A DNA stretch of 64,000 bases. It comes from Amphiscolops sp. MND2022. Taxonomy: Eukaryota. This document shows positions 1 through 13,385 of the stretch, in pieces. The translations under genes and the position numbers were made by a program. The stretch spans positions 36,828,001 through 36,892,000 of the forward strand of contig OZ076417.1 of assembly GCA_964187785.1 (NCBI GenBank), in the 5' to 3' direction. Under the pieces are notes generated by a model. It was not told where the DNA came from, made no database searches, and saw nothing but the letters and a program-made list of their open reading frames with translations. Every line of letters begins with the position of its first letter. Position 1 is the first letter of the stretch.

Positions 1-1523
1 GTGTTTCATATGAGTCACAACTCGTATTGAAACTCAGGAACACTGTATTCAATCAGTACCTTCAACTCACTCACATCAGGTGATGAAAAAAACTTATTTG
101 AAGGTTTTTAGCTGGTGTTTCTCGACTACTTGAAATTAACTTTTTTGTCAGCAAACGCTTCCACCCATCAGTACATGTCATAAGTGCAACAAGACAGGAA
201 ATTCTCAACTCGACGCTCTGGAAAGTTTTACCTTTGCTAAAATGCTTTTTCCAAAAGTTCAGAAAGATCTCACAGTGCCGTAAAAATCTTTTTTGCGCTT
301 CAAGTTTCATTTTTTTGATTGAAAATGCCAGAAAAGTGAACAGAATGACTATTTTTAGTGAGGTTGAAACAAGTTTTAAAAAGTGCCGCTCAGTAACAAA
401 AAGGGAATCCTTTGAGTTTGTAAGTTCTCGTTCTGCACACGAAAGGAAGAAAAACAATCCGGGGACTTTTTGGTGAGATAAAAAGCTGATAAAAAATCAC
501 GCGATGTCGAAAATACCCATACTATGTAGTTTCAAAGATCACGTGAAATTGTGATAACCCAAAGGGAGGGCCCTTTGACCCTTTTCAGTACTCTTCAGAT
601 CTTTGATTTAAAAATTGTAAGAAATTTGACCTTTCACAATTTTTGTCATCTTGCAAAAAAAACAAGGTGCTATTAAAATCTATGCTATGAAATTTATTTT
701 CGGCAAATAAACTTTGTAGAAATTATAAATGTCAATCATATTCGCTTCACTTAGTCGCAGAAATAAATGTCTTTCCTACGTGAGGACAAAAAGTCGCAAG
801 AGTTTTGTAGAAATATAAAACTTACAAAGGATTCTTCTTTCTTAGCCGGTACTTCGTGAAACAAAACGCAACTAATAGAGTGACTTCTCGACAGTATTTT
901 TTCCAACCTGGTCGAATTGACCAGCATTGCTCTTCATAAGTTCTACAAAACGCCTACGAATGACAACGCTGCATTAGAAGTTTTGGCATCGTTTATAAAA
1001 AAAATCACGGATGGCGTTTTTGTCTTGCTCGCACAGACTCTTCTTTATTGAGGAAAAGAAATTCGTAACAACGGAGAGTTAAACACCAACTTGGATTTTT
1101 TGAAAAATCTTCTATTTGTCTTGGGCGATTGAAAAACGTTTTCGAGTTTCTCGTTGGAAAATCCATTCAATCTGTTCGCCATTATATAAATCGGACGATA
1201 ACAAAGTGTAGTTGACAGGTGAGAAAAAGTTGCTCGAAAACCATTTTTTAATTTCAATTCCTTATTTCAACAATCTACTGATGGAAGTTTTTTCTTTTCT
1301 CGTTTCCGATAAATGGATTAGCTCAATTTTAAATTTAAGATCTTTTAAAGGATTATGAATAAACGATGGCGTCGAAATTGGAAAAAGACTTTGAAAATAC
1401 AACTCTTTGAAAATTGACGTGACATAAATATGAAAACTTTCACTGCGTAAACATCAAAATAATTTCCATACTTTATTGGACTTTTTTAAATTTCATTTTC
1501 ATTCCTTCCTGTATTTGTAACCT

Positions 1524-2180
1524 ATGCGGGTCTCGGTCATAGTATATAGTTTTATTTTGCTCGCTGTTTTTAAGAATACTTCCGGAGAAAAAGGTCATGA
1601 AAAAATAGAACGAAAAGTATTTTTTGGAGATTTGAGAGACGGAAAACGCTTCCGAGGTGAACGCTTGTTGTCCAAAAGTGTTGCATCTGGAACAATGTGC
1701 GCAATGAAATGTATCCGAAATCCCAAATGCCGATCTTTCAACTTTTGCAACAGCGGAATGGTTTGTGAACTAAATCGGCACGACTTGTTTTCCACCCAAT
1801 ATGGCGCCAAAATGTTGGACAGTGCACCAAACTGCTTGTATGCAGGGATGCGGAAAAGCTACATCCCAGAATGTTATTATAATGGCATGAAAAGTGATAT
1901 TTCCAACGATCAAGATCCAAATAATTGCGAAATAATTCACAAACGGGTGGATTTTGAATGGTCGGTTTGGGGAGAGCTCACGGTGGAAAATTCGGATACT
2001 CTGTTGAAGAAATATTACACGAGGGAAAAATTGATAGAAGCCGCTCATGGAGGGAAAACTGGTTCAACTCTTGAAGGAAGTGTGAAAGTTATCTATTGGT
2101 TGAATTTTGTTCATGAGTTGAAAACTTGGCAGAATGCTAAAAGGAGATGCACCGACATGGACGGAAAGCTGTTTTTCAAA
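1524..2180 (+). CDS. Secreted PAN/apple + C-type lectin protein, copy A, exon 1
   Basis: Hydrophobic signal peptide (MRVSVIVYSFILLAVF); PAN-like Cys pattern CAMKCIRNPKCRSFNFC...CELN; start of CTLD (KTWQNAKRRCTDMDGKLFFK). Phase-0 donor AAA|GTTAGT at 2181. The ORF track's continuation to 2399 is intron read-through. Confidence 0.85.
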
Positions 2181-2660
2181 GTTAGTCAAGTTCGAATAAT
2201 TGAGGAGCTTGTCAAAATACTCAATTGGAAATTGATCAATCAGTTAGTTTTTTCACCTTTGAAAAAGACAAGTTTCGTCTTCAAAACATTCTCTATAAAA
2301 TTTTATCGCTCGCTACCATGTACTACTTCAACGGCTCTTATGGCATTGTTTGGCACACCTTGTATTATGATAGACATGGTTCAAAATACATCTGGGTAGT
2401 GTGGGTATCTTTCTGCAATTTTACCACTGAGTGATTTTTGTTTTTTCCATTTTCTTTTTCGGTCTTTCATAACAGAACGATGAAAACTGCAATAGGTTGA
2501 GCGATGCTTTAAAATATTTGAACTGGCACAAAAAATCTCATTTTTATTTGAAAACTTAGAGGTAGTTTTTTTCATGAACGGCCCGTGACAGCTCATGACT
2601 GTTGAAGGTTGATGGCAGAATATTAGCAGAATTATATGAAGAGCGAATTACCTCTGTTGG

Positions 2661-3362
2661 TGTACCCCTGAATAGCATGAGGAAAATACAGAAACTCAAA
2701 AAACAACTTCTTTTATACAAACTCCTGGAAGCACAAATCACCATGTAAATGTATTATGATGAATTGATTACCGAACAGTGATAATAAACAAACGACAACC
2801 GGCCTAACCAGTTTTCAAATGCAGTTTACATATTTTACAGTTAACATTCCAATTCATTACATGTAAACATGACCGGAACACTCAGTTGTCAAACACATCT
2901 ACAACCGCTATGGTGTCTCTAAGGAGTGCTGTACCTGAATATCAACATTATAGCGACTGGAGTTAGCAGTCGTCAACGAGTACATATACCAATATCAATA
3001 GTTACTATTCCGTGTTGTTTGAATATACATGCAGTCATGACTGAAATCATCAGTCGTCAATGTCATTTTCATCAATTTTATGCTTAAAACCCAGTATTTA
3101 AACATATATCTCCACACGTAAGACTGGAAAACACAGTCATCTTTTTCATCCATTTAACATGACCATGTAGTTCATCAGATTTCAACATGTACACAATTGC
3201 TTCCTTACCAACACATTTAATAGTAGTATATGACTTTGAATGCAATTTTAAAGTAAAGTTACCTTTAATACCAAAATATACGATCGTTACTCTAATCCCG
3301 CAGTAGAAAGCAGGTGCTAAAGCCATTAAAGCATAAATAGTATTGAAATGACTAGTATGATA
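2661..3362 (+). repeat. 5' LTR (LTR-A) of the gypsy composite
   Basis: 2661-~3140 aligns with 12897-~13385 (about 90% by eye). The right end is inferred from GTATGATA (near inverted repeat of the TGTCATAC start) followed by AT-TGGTTGCTACG, a PBS-like sequence at 3365. Confidence 0.65.
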
Positions 3363-3615
3363 ATTGGTTGCTACGACGACCGGTACTCGCGGTCGTCTCT
3401 TCAGTTGAAGTTGTAATTGGTGCTCAATTAACACCAGCAATGTGCGAAGACGCTAAAAGGAGAAAGGCGTCTAATCCGAAAAGTAGCCATTACAACATCT
3501 TTTACCTTACTATACGGTTGCTACAAACTACTGAAATAACAAAGTATACAATGTTACTCAGTTTTAACTTTACTACTCAATAAAATCTTATAAACTCTCT
3601 ACTATCTTAACTTCT

Positions 3616-4980
3616 ATGGTAATTACGAGACTTCAGACTGGTAATAATAATCCATCAGAAAGTATAAGAATGAGTGATAACGAGAGTGATGTTAGTTTCC
3701 CTGAATTACTCACTAGAGGACAAATGACGGACTTTGATAGTAATGACATCTTGAATCGACAGAGCAACACTGAGAGAAACCTGATTGATCAACGGTTCTA
3801 CGAAATGAACAGACAGATCGGAGAACTAACTGACTTAGTATTAGCGCTTACCCAGCTAATTTCTTTTATGCCTAGAGAAGGGAATGAACTGAATGCAGTG
3901 ACTACCGGCACTGACAGTCGTTCCTACATGGTGACAGGAGTCCAGAACCCACATCCATCATGCTCACGAACAACTCCACCGATCGAGACACCCAGAAGTG
4001 ATGTCAGCGCCCCACAACTGAGTGACGTGATGACAGAAATCCATCACCTACGCTACTCCATGGGCGACACAATCACCCAACCAAAAATATTATAAACCCA
4101 AGTACCGCTGTTCCAAGGAATCGGAGTGAAGTGCAACGAGTTTGAGCATCTATTACTCAATCATCTGCGGCCGCATGCCCACAAACTGACAGAAGAACAA
4201 AAGCTCAACTATTTCCAGAGCCTTCTGAGCGATGAGGCCATTAATTCGGGCACACTGACAATCACAACGGAAACCACTCTGAAAGATATACTCGCGGCTT
4301 TCAAGAAAGAGTACGCAAAAGAAGAGCTCACAGAAGTCTCAAAATTCAATTTCGACCATCTACGATACGACCCAACCACAGATTCATTCAGCACTTTCCT
4401 CGCCATTTACAAGAAAGTAGCTGAAGAAGCCTACGGAGACAAGGCGCAGGAAATAGTTCAGACATTCCTAGTCGCCAAACTACCCATCCAGCGCCAGAAC
4501 GAGTTGGCAATTGCTGGTAAACATGACGCCAGTATCGATGAAATAAAAACATTTGTACAGAGAAGATGCCAATACGCCCAACTATTGCCCAATCAACAAC
4601 TCCTTTAACCATTCAACCAGGCCGTCCAAACACAAGAAGCCCCGAGCAAGCAAGTCACCCAGAAGCGAATTGAAGCTGACAGACCCCAAGCCAAGAAAAA
4701 GTTCGATGGAACCTGCAGTTATTGTGCAATCGACGGACACAAATGGGCTGAGTGCCAAAAACGACAACGAGACGCAGCAGCCGGCCACAATAATTCCCAA
4801 GCCCACATCAAACAAACTTTCAGACGGAATCGCATCGAAAATTATATGCAAAATTGGTATGCCAAATTTGTGGATACACCGGCCATTCCGCAAAAGATTG
4901 TCGACACCGCATTGCAAACACATCGGCATACGGAAGTGTACCCTACAACAGACAGCCCACATCGGAGAATACTGTTTAAC
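3616..4980 (+). pseudogene. gag: Gypsy gag, broken by stops and frameshifts
   Basis: ORFs 3616-4095 and 4126-4608 give a capsid-like segment (EEQKLNYFQSLL..EA). Zinc knuckles CSYCAIDGHKWAEC (~4712) and CQICGYTGHSAKDC (~4859). Confidence 0.8.
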
Positions 4981-4989
4981 GCATTGCAC

Positions 4990-5361
4990 GTTAAATTTGG
5001 AAACCCTTTACCCAAACCACGTAACACTACTGACGTAACGAGACTACTAGACAACATGAACAAGAAATTCCAGCAAACACACGACAACATAATTGAAGCC
5101 TTCCATAAATACAAAAATTACTACGACCGAAAAGCGCAAGCTTCGCCTCTGAAAGTAAACGACTTCACCTTTCTGCTGAACACAAGACTAGCCAACCAAT
5201 CTAAAAAAATTCCGTTCAAGGACTTCAAGTGGGAAGGACGTTACAAAGTCGTGAAAGTTTTATCAAACTCAAGTTACATTATACGTAAGATCGCTACCCT
5301 TCGTACTCAATGTGTTCACAGAATGAGGCTCAGCCTAATCACGCCCAACGCACCAATTTAA
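4990..5361 (+). pseudogene. pol: Integrase C-terminal (GPY/F-type) fragment; PR, RT, RH and IN core are absent
   Basis: KYKNYYDRKAQASPLKVNDF...FKWEGRYKVVKVLSNSSYIIR...CVHRMRL directly follows the end of gag, implying a large internal deletion. Confidence 0.75.
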
Positions 5362-6806
5362 GTTATCAACGAAGACTCATCACAATACTTCGAAGATCCT
5401 GACGCTCTCAAGGAACAGGACTTGTTCGACAGTCACATACCCACACCAGTCATTGAACAACCACAACCAACAATTGCTGTCCAATCAGAATTCGAAGAAC
5501 TGCATGCTTATCACGGCATCATTTACTATGAGAGACAAAGTATAGAGCCTTACCACACCAGTTCAATACCTGAAAGCCAAGCTGAGACACGGGAACAACA
5601 CCCGGACAACACCAGCATAACTAGCCATGAAACAACAACCAACGAATATTCCACAAATGAACGCCCCTCAGTACAATCACGACATACCATGTCACGTTAC
5701 GGACTGAGACACAATCCAAACACTACAACGTACCCTGTTTTCTGAGTGCATGAACTGCACGGTACGCCTGCACTTCAACAACTTCTACTGAAAAACAGAA
5801 ACCTTTGAAAAAAATTTTCTTTTGGAACTACATGTATTATTAACAAGCCAAACAAATTGACCTAGTAGAACGAAAACAAACAAAACGGAACCTATTTTTT
5901 TCTTTTTTCTTCTTCTTCTTGAAAGTTTAACCTGACACTAACGTTTGCTACCAACAGTCATCGTTAAAAGGTATACGCATTACAAAAGTAACTGCTCTGC
6001 AAATACGGCACACCCTACCAATTTCAATCCAATAACACAAAGCACTACTCCCAGTGCACCAACAATTACAAAGCTTTGTCTAACAAACAAACGATTTGCC
6101 GAAACATTGACCATTGCTTGCCGTCGTCCATACCTGCACAATCTAACTCACAGATGACTACTACCATCTGAAAATAACAAACCTGGCTGAACCGTCATAC
6201 AACAACTGCGAACACTAGTCATGACAGCGACTTATTGCGGAATCACACGCAACGCGAATGCGAGCGAAGAACAATTGCTTCATTTCACACCAAAATCCGC
6301 ATAGTAATCAGGGAAGAAAAGTACCCCGATTATGAAACGATCACAACAAATGTAACAAAATGTGAACGACAATTCCATTCCCAAACAATCTGCCGAACTA
6401 ACAGAAATGATCAGCTGCCTACCAAACGTCAGACTCACATAAACATGTCAGGAGTCGTGTGGGTGCGTCGTCAAAAGCGTGTCTGTGTGGCTGGTTATAT
6501 TCAGGTGAAGCTTGCTCTTTGGCAAGTGGATTCTGTGATAGTTTTGCATGGGTTTTTGTGACGACCAAAACATTTCACAATCAAAGAACAACTTAAATAA
6601 AAATCAACAAAAGTGGACCGACAAACAAACGTATTAAAACCCAAAGTCAAAATATCCAAGAATAAAGTAATTAAAAGTCGCCTAGAGCAAACGTCCGCCA
6701 AATTTCGAGATTACTCAACCCAAAAATCACTCCCTTGGTAGTTCGTAGGCTTCGACTCGTAACACGAGTAATGGCTGAAAACCACCAGAGTCTCTCCTTC
6801 TCTCAT

Positions 6807-6818
6807 AAAAGGGGGGAA
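6807..6818 (+). promoter_or_regulatory. Internal polypurine tract, followed by a different LTR-like sequence
   Basis: AAAAGGGGGGAA preceded by CTCTC, the same context as the PPT at 12884, but followed by CGCGAAATGCCC instead of LTR-A. Confidence 0.55.
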
Positions 6819-7989
6819 CGCGAAATGCCCACCGAAAATTAACGTAACGTAAAAACAAACGCAGCTACGAGACGTTCTGAGACACACATCACGAGTGATG
6901 ACTTTCTAGAACATACATCAGCGATGATGAGGTCGCTTAGACACACCGCCCTGAATAACACAGTAGAACACTATAGAGACATGTAGCTAAGTCCTTAAGC
7001 TTAACTGCATGCAGTCAAAAAATATTTACAACAGATGTGAGCACTCAGGCCCAAGGAGGCAGTCTTTGGAAGTTCAGTCATCGGAATGATCGAGTTGCTC
7101 ATTCACTCACTTTGCGCTGCGCTGCTAAGGTCTGCACAGACGTGGTCCATCTGTCTCGTTACCATTCTCGAGCTTCAAAGAAAGAAGTTAGGACTCGCCT
7201 CTAGCAAACCGTGCACAGCAAGGCTCTGTGAGTGAAAACTTTTTTACGCTGGTGGTCGCAACGGCAGCCACCATGCCTAGTCTGAACGATCGTAAAAGGG
7301 TTTGCACTAAACATAACGAATGATAGATAACTTTACATGCAACCTCAATGATGCATGGGTCACTTCATACATCGACCTTACGAGACCAAAATCACTTTAT
7401 TGTCATTGCGAAAACACACATCTGGAAAAACTGTCACAAACGGTTCCTAATACTCTCTGACCACAAAATCGGCAACCACAGTAAAACACCAACACTCAAC
7501 TATGTTAAGCTATTGGAACGGGATCCGACTCACGACAGGTACGTGCAGTTAACTGCCTAACACTCAAAAACTAACTCTATCCCTTACAGTATGGCTAATC
7601 TCACACAAAAGGAAAGAATGTGAAGCAACAATTCAGTAATAGATTGTTCAATTCGTGAAAAACTTGACCAGGAATCCCGCGCCTGTCACTGCTTCTGCAA
7701 CAATCAAGCAAATCAGTATACATAAAGTATCGCTCTAAAGTAACAATCCAAAACATCTATTACAAAAAACAAAACAAAAGCAGATGATCAAAGAATATTC
7801 ACCATCTACAATGATAAGTACATCGTTAACTATGAACTAAACTTCACAAACCTTCAGATAAAATGAAGTACAAATGCAAAAGTTCATTCCCAACAGTTAC
7901 TGACAAAGCAAAACAGCACTAAACATTCGAGGCGTCAAAACTCGTCTGACGGATCTGAACGGGCCCTTTGAGCCGGCGTCGTACTATCA

Positions 7990-10900
7990 GCGGCATCATT
8001 ATCAGCGTCTCCCTCCCTCTTTGCTCGATCCAGTTACACACTCAGCAATAAAACTAGGACGTGCGAATCTCTTTGACTTACTAGAGACACCTCCGGTACG
8101 TCGTCCAGTATTCCTTTTCGACTGCGTTGTCCGGACAGGTTGCTTGCGCTTCGAGAGGGCCTGCTCAGCATCACGACCGCTTATGTCCAACGACGTTTGA
8201 GTCCGAGGACCTCGCCCACCAGCTACTTTAACACTGCATTTTCGATCCGTTGACTTCTTCACAGGACTTTTGTCAACAACAGTACTAGCCTCCAACGTTC
8301 CTAACTGTTCACAAACTGTCGATCGGTACTCACCCACAACCGGCACTTCAGGGAGACCACTCGATTCTCCCAGCACAACAGAACATCGGTCGTGAAGTTC
8401 CTCGATTCCTACCTTCAATAATTGATCCCAGGGACACATCGCACACTATCCTGCAACCGCGAAGTTTGCATGTCGTTAGCCTGACAATGACGGGCAAAGC
8501 CAGTCACAGAACAACGCGACTGCCCCACGATTCCGATGGACATCCAACTTCGCTTGAGATGCAGGCTGGACAGCATTAATCCTTCGTCGATGACTGTCAC
8601 ACCAGGTCTCTGAAATCAGTTTCATAGCTTCCGTGCATCATCCTACTCAACACGACTTGAACCACTCCCAACAATGCTTGATATCTCGTCCAGTTAGGGT
8701 GAGACATCCACAGAGCGACAATGTCATCGATAATGGGCATTCCGCTGGTCCAACGTTGTTTAAAGTAATCCACGACGTCACGGTACTGCTGAGCGATGAT
8801 AACACCATCATCCTGACTACTCAGGTCGCTGAACCCTAACAAAGAAACAGTGGCGATCAAACGATCTACTAAGCGGTCCATTGATCCGTCGAAATCTAAA
8901 GTGGGGTCAAAACGCATCAGACTTAGAATCTCTGATGCGCCGCAATCACCTCCTCGAAAATTCAGCAAGCCTGGCACATCAAATTCGACAGGAAGATCAG
9001 CCGACCCATAGACTAAGAAACTTGCAGATCCAGAGAACTTGCAGAAACAAAGACAATTCTCGTTCCAAACAGAGAACTCGATCTCGTCCAGAACTGCACA
9101 ACCGAGGACATTGAGCGACGACTAGAACAAACAGAAACCAATTTAGCTTACGAACAATAGACCTACAATACCCTTCCAGCTTTAAAAACACACCATAGTA
9201 CTCTAGACCTACGAGAGTCTCACAGTTACAAAAGCACACCGGTATACCCTAGCAAAACCACAACGAAACTTGTGTGGAACACCCGACACTCACTTGTCTC
9301 GAGGATAAATTGGAGGACGGCGAAGCGCGGTCGTGTCATAGCATCGTTGAAAACCTGAGTTTCCATGGACGTCATGTTCCTCGTCTCTAGCCCACCGACC
9401 GCACGGTGCACACCAAAGTACACACCCAGGTCGTCCCAACGTTCAACAAGCTCGGCGCACAAACTAGCCACACCCGGGATGCGCGTCACTTCTCCAGCAA
9501 CAAACTAAAACATGCAGCAAAGACCTAGAGTACGCGGACACCCCACCACTACATGGCCTTCTCAAAGAAAACCGCCGTTACCAACCCGAAAAAAGACAAT
9601 AATAGATCAAGCTACCATGAAAAAAAAGTTAAAAAAGCGCAACTCACCTTTCTCTGCATCGGCATTCGGTCAAAGGCACTGTCTGATATTACTGCTGACA
9701 AACGGTAACGGAATTACTCCAGCATTCCAAAAGGCTCTAGCCCGCTGAACTCCTTCAAAAACTGCCGTGCGATGACGTCCCGCATCCAATCCAAGTCAAA
9801 GCGTTTGCCGACTATCGGTACCACCGGGTTTAACACGGTGGCCAAAGCTCTTCCAAGACGGATTTTGTCTGACACGCACACAAATGACAAGCCACCACGA
9901 GACGCGACACATGCCAGAACAGACAGGGCGTTCCGATGCAACTTCTGCTCCCAACCATGACACGTAGGAACCACGGCCAGAACGAAGAACTTGACTGTGA
10001 GCCCGACGAACACGTGGCAGTCCAAACGGCACAGACATCCATCGTTCCTTAGGTGCACACCAAAACGCGACAACATGACGTCAGGTTTCTCCACCACGTA
10101 GGATACACTCCGTAAAGCACCAGACTCTAAACAACACACATCAACAACATAGTCATACAACAAAAGACAACAGTTACGAAACAACCCCTCTCCAAATTAC
10201 CGCCCTTCATCATCCTTTACAAACAAATGCGAAAGCGAGCCTGCAGCAAAACGAATCTCGCCTCGAAGGCTATCCGCCCAACTCTCCATGAAGCCCACTA
10301 AGGATTTGAACCCAGTCATAGAAACAAAGCATTTTATGAAGTTGCATAGCCACAAGTACGCAGCGCTCGCATCATACAACTCACGCTTCTCGGCAGTCTC
10401 CGCTTCGACAACCTCAATGGCTATACGCTCGACCATGGTCAGTCCCAATGCCGACTCCAAATAGACGGGAAGCTCGAACATTCACTCCATTCTAATTCGT
10501 TGGTCTTCCTCTGTAGAAACAGGTCGACAGGACTGGTCTAATAATGGCTTGTTCATCATGATCGGGTACTTTTGTTCTAAGCAGGTATGCTCTCGCCCTC
10601 GCCAGTGGTCCCAAAAGTTATGCAATTCTTGTTCAGCAATACTGAGATCCACTTTACATAACAGGCATCGCGCGAAATCGTCGATGACTCTCTTATTTCT
10701 TGGGACTGCAACAAAATTCCCTACCACCCCAGACACGAAAAAGGATGGTTTTAAAGTCTTGATTGACCTCTTGCGCGCTGCAAACAACACAAGCAGACAC
10801 TATAAACAACATCTATCAAAAAAAGAAAAAATTAGGCGCGTAAAAACTAGAAGGCCCTAGGCTTAACAGATCACTTGATCGCCCCACTGTAAATAAAATC

Positions 10901-12015
10901 CCTCACATGATTATCTGAGATTCTTACCAGTTTTTAACGAAGACGAGGGAACCCCAAGGCCAGATGCCGACGGGTCCACACCACGACTCCCGAATTCAGA
11001 AGGCACCAATGACGACTCAGACAGACTCTGCTCGGAAACCCCAGCAATACTCTCTGCAACACCTTTCTTCTTTGACCCGACACGCAGGGATGGCAAGCTT
11101 GCATGGAGCCCAACTGACGGACGTCCTGACTGCTGTAACTCTTCCTTCAGTTTAGCCAAGAAGTCTTCAACCGCCACAGGACTTATTGCCCGATATGCCC
11201 CAACGTTGACTCAACGGCTGATTTGAACCAGTGATGCAGATCGCGCTCCACACGATTGAACAACTCTGAGAATTGTCCGACGACAACTTCAGCACGAACT
11301 CCAGCATCTACAAAATACAAATCAACTCTGCAACGTCATACCCATACAAACCCTAATTAGCCCAAATTTAACCCCCCCCCAATCCACAGGCCAGGACACA
11401 CAGACTAGGTTACTGCTACTCAGTCACAACCGGTTGCATCACGCAGTCACAACCGGTTGGAGGACAGAAAGGCATCCAATCTGCGGAACAGACCAGCGGA
11501 TCCGAGTCCTCCACTACTCTCACTCCTGGCCTTAACAGACCGACGAAACAGGCGCATGTGACTGACGAGCTCTGGCATGGGAACATCAGCTGAAAAAATG
11601 ATAGATTGTTTCAAATCACCCTCAATTACGAACGTCCACCCCGTGAAGGATACAGGATGTGCATATTGCTAACCAATACCGCACACCTCTCAAACTACAC
11701 TCCAATAACATGAGATCCACTAACGGACCAAACACCCGAATTAGTCAGGAATACGAAACGATATGGTTTTACATAACCAAAGTCCTGAGACAGCACGAGA
11801 TCCAGCAACTCGCCCAAACCAGTAACAGTGCTGGACGAAACTTGCGCGGACAGCTGACAACAGTGACTGGTTTCCAACATCAAAGCTGGCAGATTTAGAC
11901 CCGCACCAGTCTCCTCGAAAGCAGGACCACTGGCACCCGACATTTGGTTCGCCACTTCTGACACTAAGTCTGATAACGAGGCACCAAAGGCGAGAACATC
12001 TTCGCTCTCCGACAT
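7990..12015 (-). pseudogene. Spliced antisense gene encoding a decayed hAT-transposase-like protein inside the gypsy element
   Basis: Two GT-AG introns join ORF pieces in frame (10927-10778, phase 1; 9647-9505, phase 0); a third acceptor is at 11308. BED-like finger ARCLLCKVDLSIA...DHWRGREH, CxxH-like CRLDCHVF, TRIPGVASLCAELVERWDDLGVYF, and dimerisation-like WMSHPNWTRYQALL...SYETDF occur in hAT order. Confidence 0.6.
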
Positions 12016-12883
12016 AACGAAATAACAACAACAATGTGAAGTGGATAACAGGAATGATGAGAACTACAATAGTTCATTTCTCTATCACAATTTGAAGTAA
12101 ACTGATCAATTATTTCAAAACAAACGGGACCGGACACACTCCCTACCCAAACAGGACTACTCAAATTGTCTTGGACATTCGAAAACGACCTCACCTCAAA
12201 TTTGGTTCAATCTCTAAAATTCACTTAAACGTGCCGACCAAAATGTAGCCGATCTCCAGATCCTGTATTCCACCAACCAGCAAAAAATAACCTCTCGAAA
12301 CGCTAGAAAGCCCATTATTTCATCAAACCCTCATGCCACCTTATCCAACAATGGGAAAATATGCACCGGAAAAAACTGCAAAAAAAGTAGTATGTAGCGA
12401 AATGAGCAGAATAGTTACTTAGCAAAGGAGGTAATGTGAACAATACACGGTAATAACGATCAACGGAAACAGCAAACAGCTTACAATACAAAAACAACTC
12501 AACTGACTCTCAAGCTCAAGCAAACTACAATCATTTAACTGCCGATGAATGATACGACTCTGCCTCAGTAAACAAACACCTCAACGCGCACATTAGGATG
12601 ACGTGGCTATCCAACTGGTTAAACAAATAAACTACTATCCTTTACTCCTGTTTCTCCCGTCATTGAAGCTACCGACACTTGTTCACTCTTCCGAGAATTA
12701 CTGCTCTGCATAACTGTCAACACGAGCCAATACACAATTATCCTGCGCCTACCCTCAACCCAACAACCAAAATTCGCTGAAATCAATGCAGTACCTGCAC
12801 TACCACCCAGACCCACCGACTACAAAGAACACCCACGTGTTCCAGTCCTTCTATCTTCACAACCCTATAGCTTGCTCTCTCTC

Positions 12884-12896
12884 AAAAAGGGGGGAA
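12884..12896 (+). promoter_or_regulatory. Polypurine tract of the gypsy composite
   Basis: AAAAAGGGGGGAA immediately before TGTCATGCCC, the start of the 3' LTR. Confidence 0.8.
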
Positions 12897-13385
12897 TGTC
12901 ATGCCCAAATAGCATGAGGAAAATACAGAAACTCAAAACACTACTCTTTTTATGCAAACTCCTGACTGAAGGCACAAATCACCATGTAAATGTATTATGA
13001 TGAATTGATTACCGAACGGTGATATTAAACAAACGACAACCGGCCTAACCTTTTGTCAAAGGCAGTTTACATGTTTTAAAGTTAACATTCCAATTCATTA
13101 CATGTAAACATGACCTGAACACTCAGTTGTCCAACACGTTTACAACCGCTATGGTGTCTCTAAGGAGTGCTGTACCTGAATATCAACATTTTAACGACTG
13201 GAGTTAGCAGTCGTCAACGAGTACATATACCAATATCAAAAGATATTATTCCGTGTTGTTTGAATATACATGCAGTCATGACTGAAATAATCAGTCGTCA
13301 ATGTCATTTTTCATCAGTTTGATGCTTTAAACGCAGTATTTAAACATATATCTCCACACGTAGGACTGGAATAAACAGTCATCAT
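12897..13385 (+). repeat. 3' LTR (LTR-A), truncated
   Basis: Starts TGTCATG after the PPT and matches 2661-~3140, then switches abruptly to inverted gag sequence. Confidence 0.8.

Noticed and set aside
71-620. ORFs 71-457 and 234-476 as genes
   Set aside because: Low-complexity K/F-rich translations; the DNA shares short motifs with the MITE-like sequence at 13857-14341 and is more likely repeat-derived.
2181-2434. ORF extensions 1524-2399 and 2225-2434 (and 53454-53684) as coding exons
   Set aside because: They lie inside the intron defined by the in-frame GT/AG pair, and the CTLD reads continuously (KLFFK-VDG) without them.
5900-6600. env remnant in the first gypsy composite
   Set aside because: The position fits, but I could not recover diagnostic motifs in any frame.
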